Source: a virus
Lineage: Duplodnaviria; Caudoviricetes
Direction: 5' to 3' (one strand)
Length of the DNA stretch: 36,357 nucleotides
IMG/VR virus record: IMGVR_UViG_3300040806_002796
Location: 1 to 36,357 of that record
In this document: in pieces, positions 34,895-36,357 of the stretch
Layout of the letters: each line of letters opens with the position of its first letter
How positions within the stretch are numbered: the stretch's first letter is position 1
Translations under genes and position numbers: made by a program
The notes under the pieces: model-generated
The model's database searches: none
Told to the model about the DNA's origin: nothing
What the model saw: only the letters and a program-made list of their open reading frames with translations

Positions 34895-35479
34895 ATGGAT
34901 ACTCTCAGGATGGCTCCAAATAAATTTACACTGCTGATGTTAGCCTTGCTCATATTATTTGCTGTGTTGGTTAGACCTGCTCAGGCACGTAATGAATACC
35001 TCAACAGTTACTCAAGTGCGTGTCAGTACGGTTCCGTTGACCTAAGCACCAGTTACTCACAGGACGACACAGACTATAGACACTACTCGCCACTTAATAA
35101 TTACGATAATTTTGGTGAACGAAAAGAATTAAGATTAAGTTTTAGAAAGAATCTTGGTGTAACTAAAAAGATGTGTGATGAACAAAATAAAGTATTACTA
35201 GAAAATGAGAATCTTAGACAGGAACTGGAGATGTTGAAAGTGTGCAACAAGTATGCAGACAGACCACTACCGCCACAGTTCAGCACAGTGGAAAAACACT
35301 GCAAAGGTCTGAGAGCAAGACCTGTTAGAGAAAAAAGCGAAGATCCTTTATGGGACGAGATGAAGAAAGATTACCTAAAGGCTAATCCTAAAGCAGACGT
35401 TTACAATCCACCCAAAAACAGTTTGAAGATTCCAACAGATAAACAAATGAACGGTCCTTTACCAGAACCCACAAATTAA
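34895..35479 (+). CDS. Secreted Cys-containing protein
   Basis: Signal peptide ending AQA; four Cys; Pro-rich end. Confidence 0.65.
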   Translation: MDTLRMAPNKFTLLMLALLILFAVLVRPAQARNEYLNSYSSACQYGSVDLSTSYSQDDTDYRHYSPLNNYDNFGERKELRLSFRKNLGVTKKMCDEQNKVLLENENLRQELEMLKVCNKYADRPLPPQFSTVEKHCKGLRARPVREKSEDPLWDEMKKDYLKANPKADVYNPPKNSLKIPTDKQMNGPLPEPTN

Positions 35480-36357
35480 TTTTGATTAACAGTTGTTGTA
35501 CCACACCCATTTGAATTGGTGCAGATTGTGTTGAGTGTATAATTTTTGTCAGTTGATCCACTCTGACTGAGATCCAGTGTTGTGCTGTATCCCGACATGT
35601 CAATGGTTGCCGCATGATCGCCCGATCCGTCTTGAGTGATATCTACCGTTTGATCACTGCCCAGAGTTACATCCACAAAATGTTCACCTGATCCCTGTTG
35701 TAGAATATCTATGTTATTGCTGGAACCATTTACATCTAAAAATGTCATCTTGTCACCATCATCTTTCTGATCCACGTAGGCAGTGTTGCTGTTACCATTA
35801 ACGTCCACATCCATAAAGTGTCCATTGCTACCAATGCCGCCATCGTTCTCCTGTAGGATGCCCATAGTGTTGTAGTTGCCAGTGACCTTGAGTTTGGTTC
35901 TGTGTCCGCCTGCATCATCCACATTGTCACCCTGTCTCACTGAGATGTTGTTGCTGTCACCGTTGAGATCGAACAGCAACACATTGTTGTCACTGAATGA
36001 TCCTGCGTTGTTACCTTGTGTGATCGACACTGTGTTGTTGTCGCCTGAGATATCTCCAGCCACCAATGAACTGCTGGTAGAAGTTGTACCTGCCACAAGA
36101 TTGTCGTTGTCGTATTGTACAATATCTAAATCTAGATTGTCTCCAGATTGTGTGATGTAAATCTGATTGCCGTCGGTTGTGATACCTCTTGTTGTGGTTC
36201 TCAATGTGGTCTGTGTGGATGTGGCAGATGATGTGGGCGTGGGTATCGTGGTTGAATATGCCGAACTGGGCACCAGGGCCACGGAACCTGTCTGGTCCCA
36301 ATACAACTTGAAAGCGGCACCGCCACCATTCTCATACCACCAAGCGTCTATGTAATA
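35476..36357 (-). CDS. PA14-like plus curlin-like repeat protein, C-terminal part (starts outside the window)
   Basis: The frame is open to the window edge: YYIDAWWYENGGGAAFKLYW (PA14-like), a Thr-rich linker, then GxxNxxxIxQ repeats. Confidence 0.7.
   Translation of the reverse strand, partial: YYIDAWWYENGGGAAFKLYWDQTGSVALVPSSAYSTTIPTPTSSATSTQTTLRTTTRGITTDGNQIYITQSGDNLDLDIVQYDNDNLVAGTTSTSSSLVAGDISGDNNTVSITQGNNAGSFSDNNVLLFDLNGDSNNISVRQGDNVDDAGGHRTKLKVTGNYNTMGILQENDGGIGSNGHFMDVDVNGNSNTAYVDQKDDGDKMTFLDVNGSSNNIDILQQGSGEHFVDVTLGSDQTVDITQDGSGDHAATIDMSGYSTTLDLSQSGSTDKNYTLNTICTNSNGCGTTTVNQN

Noticed and set aside
55-36355. Many short opposite-strand ORFs in the track (e.g. 18724..19119, 23304..23666, 25056..25502, 32633..33004)
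   Set aside because: Antisense shadows of well-supported genes.

Overview
AT-rich segment of a large T4-like (myovirus-type) phage genome, coded almost entirely on the minus strand. A marine alphaproteobacterial host (possibly SAR11-like) is inferred from a circularly permuted two-piece tmRNA, DUF1178, a hemO/pcyX-type bilin pair, bS21 and a curlin-like/CHASE2-cyclase locus. The left half (1-16 kb) is an auxiliary region for translation, proteostasis and metabolism: saccharopine-dehydrogenase-like enzyme, bS21, ClpP, ClpS, Hsp20, heme oxygenase plus bilin reductase, Fe-dioxygenases, lipoproteins, GH73, tmRNA, CspA and an Hc1-like protein. The middle carries glutaredoxin, nrdB/nrdA, a virion protein and an exonuclease. 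22.6-31.3 kb is a late cluster of probable head-associated proteins, including a ligase-fold/nucleotidyltransferase pair. The right end holds holin-like genes, a CHASE2 adenylate cyclase and a curlin-repeat/PA14-like protein. Main unexplained signals: a probable programmed -1 frameshift (A_AAA_AAG plus hairpin) extending a scaffold-like protein into a start-less ORF, a duplicated covarying RNA leader, tandem ROSE-like thermometers, twin dioxygenase-like genes inside the bilin cassette, and a phased TTTAC palindrome array. All calls come from reading motifs by eye; no database search was run.
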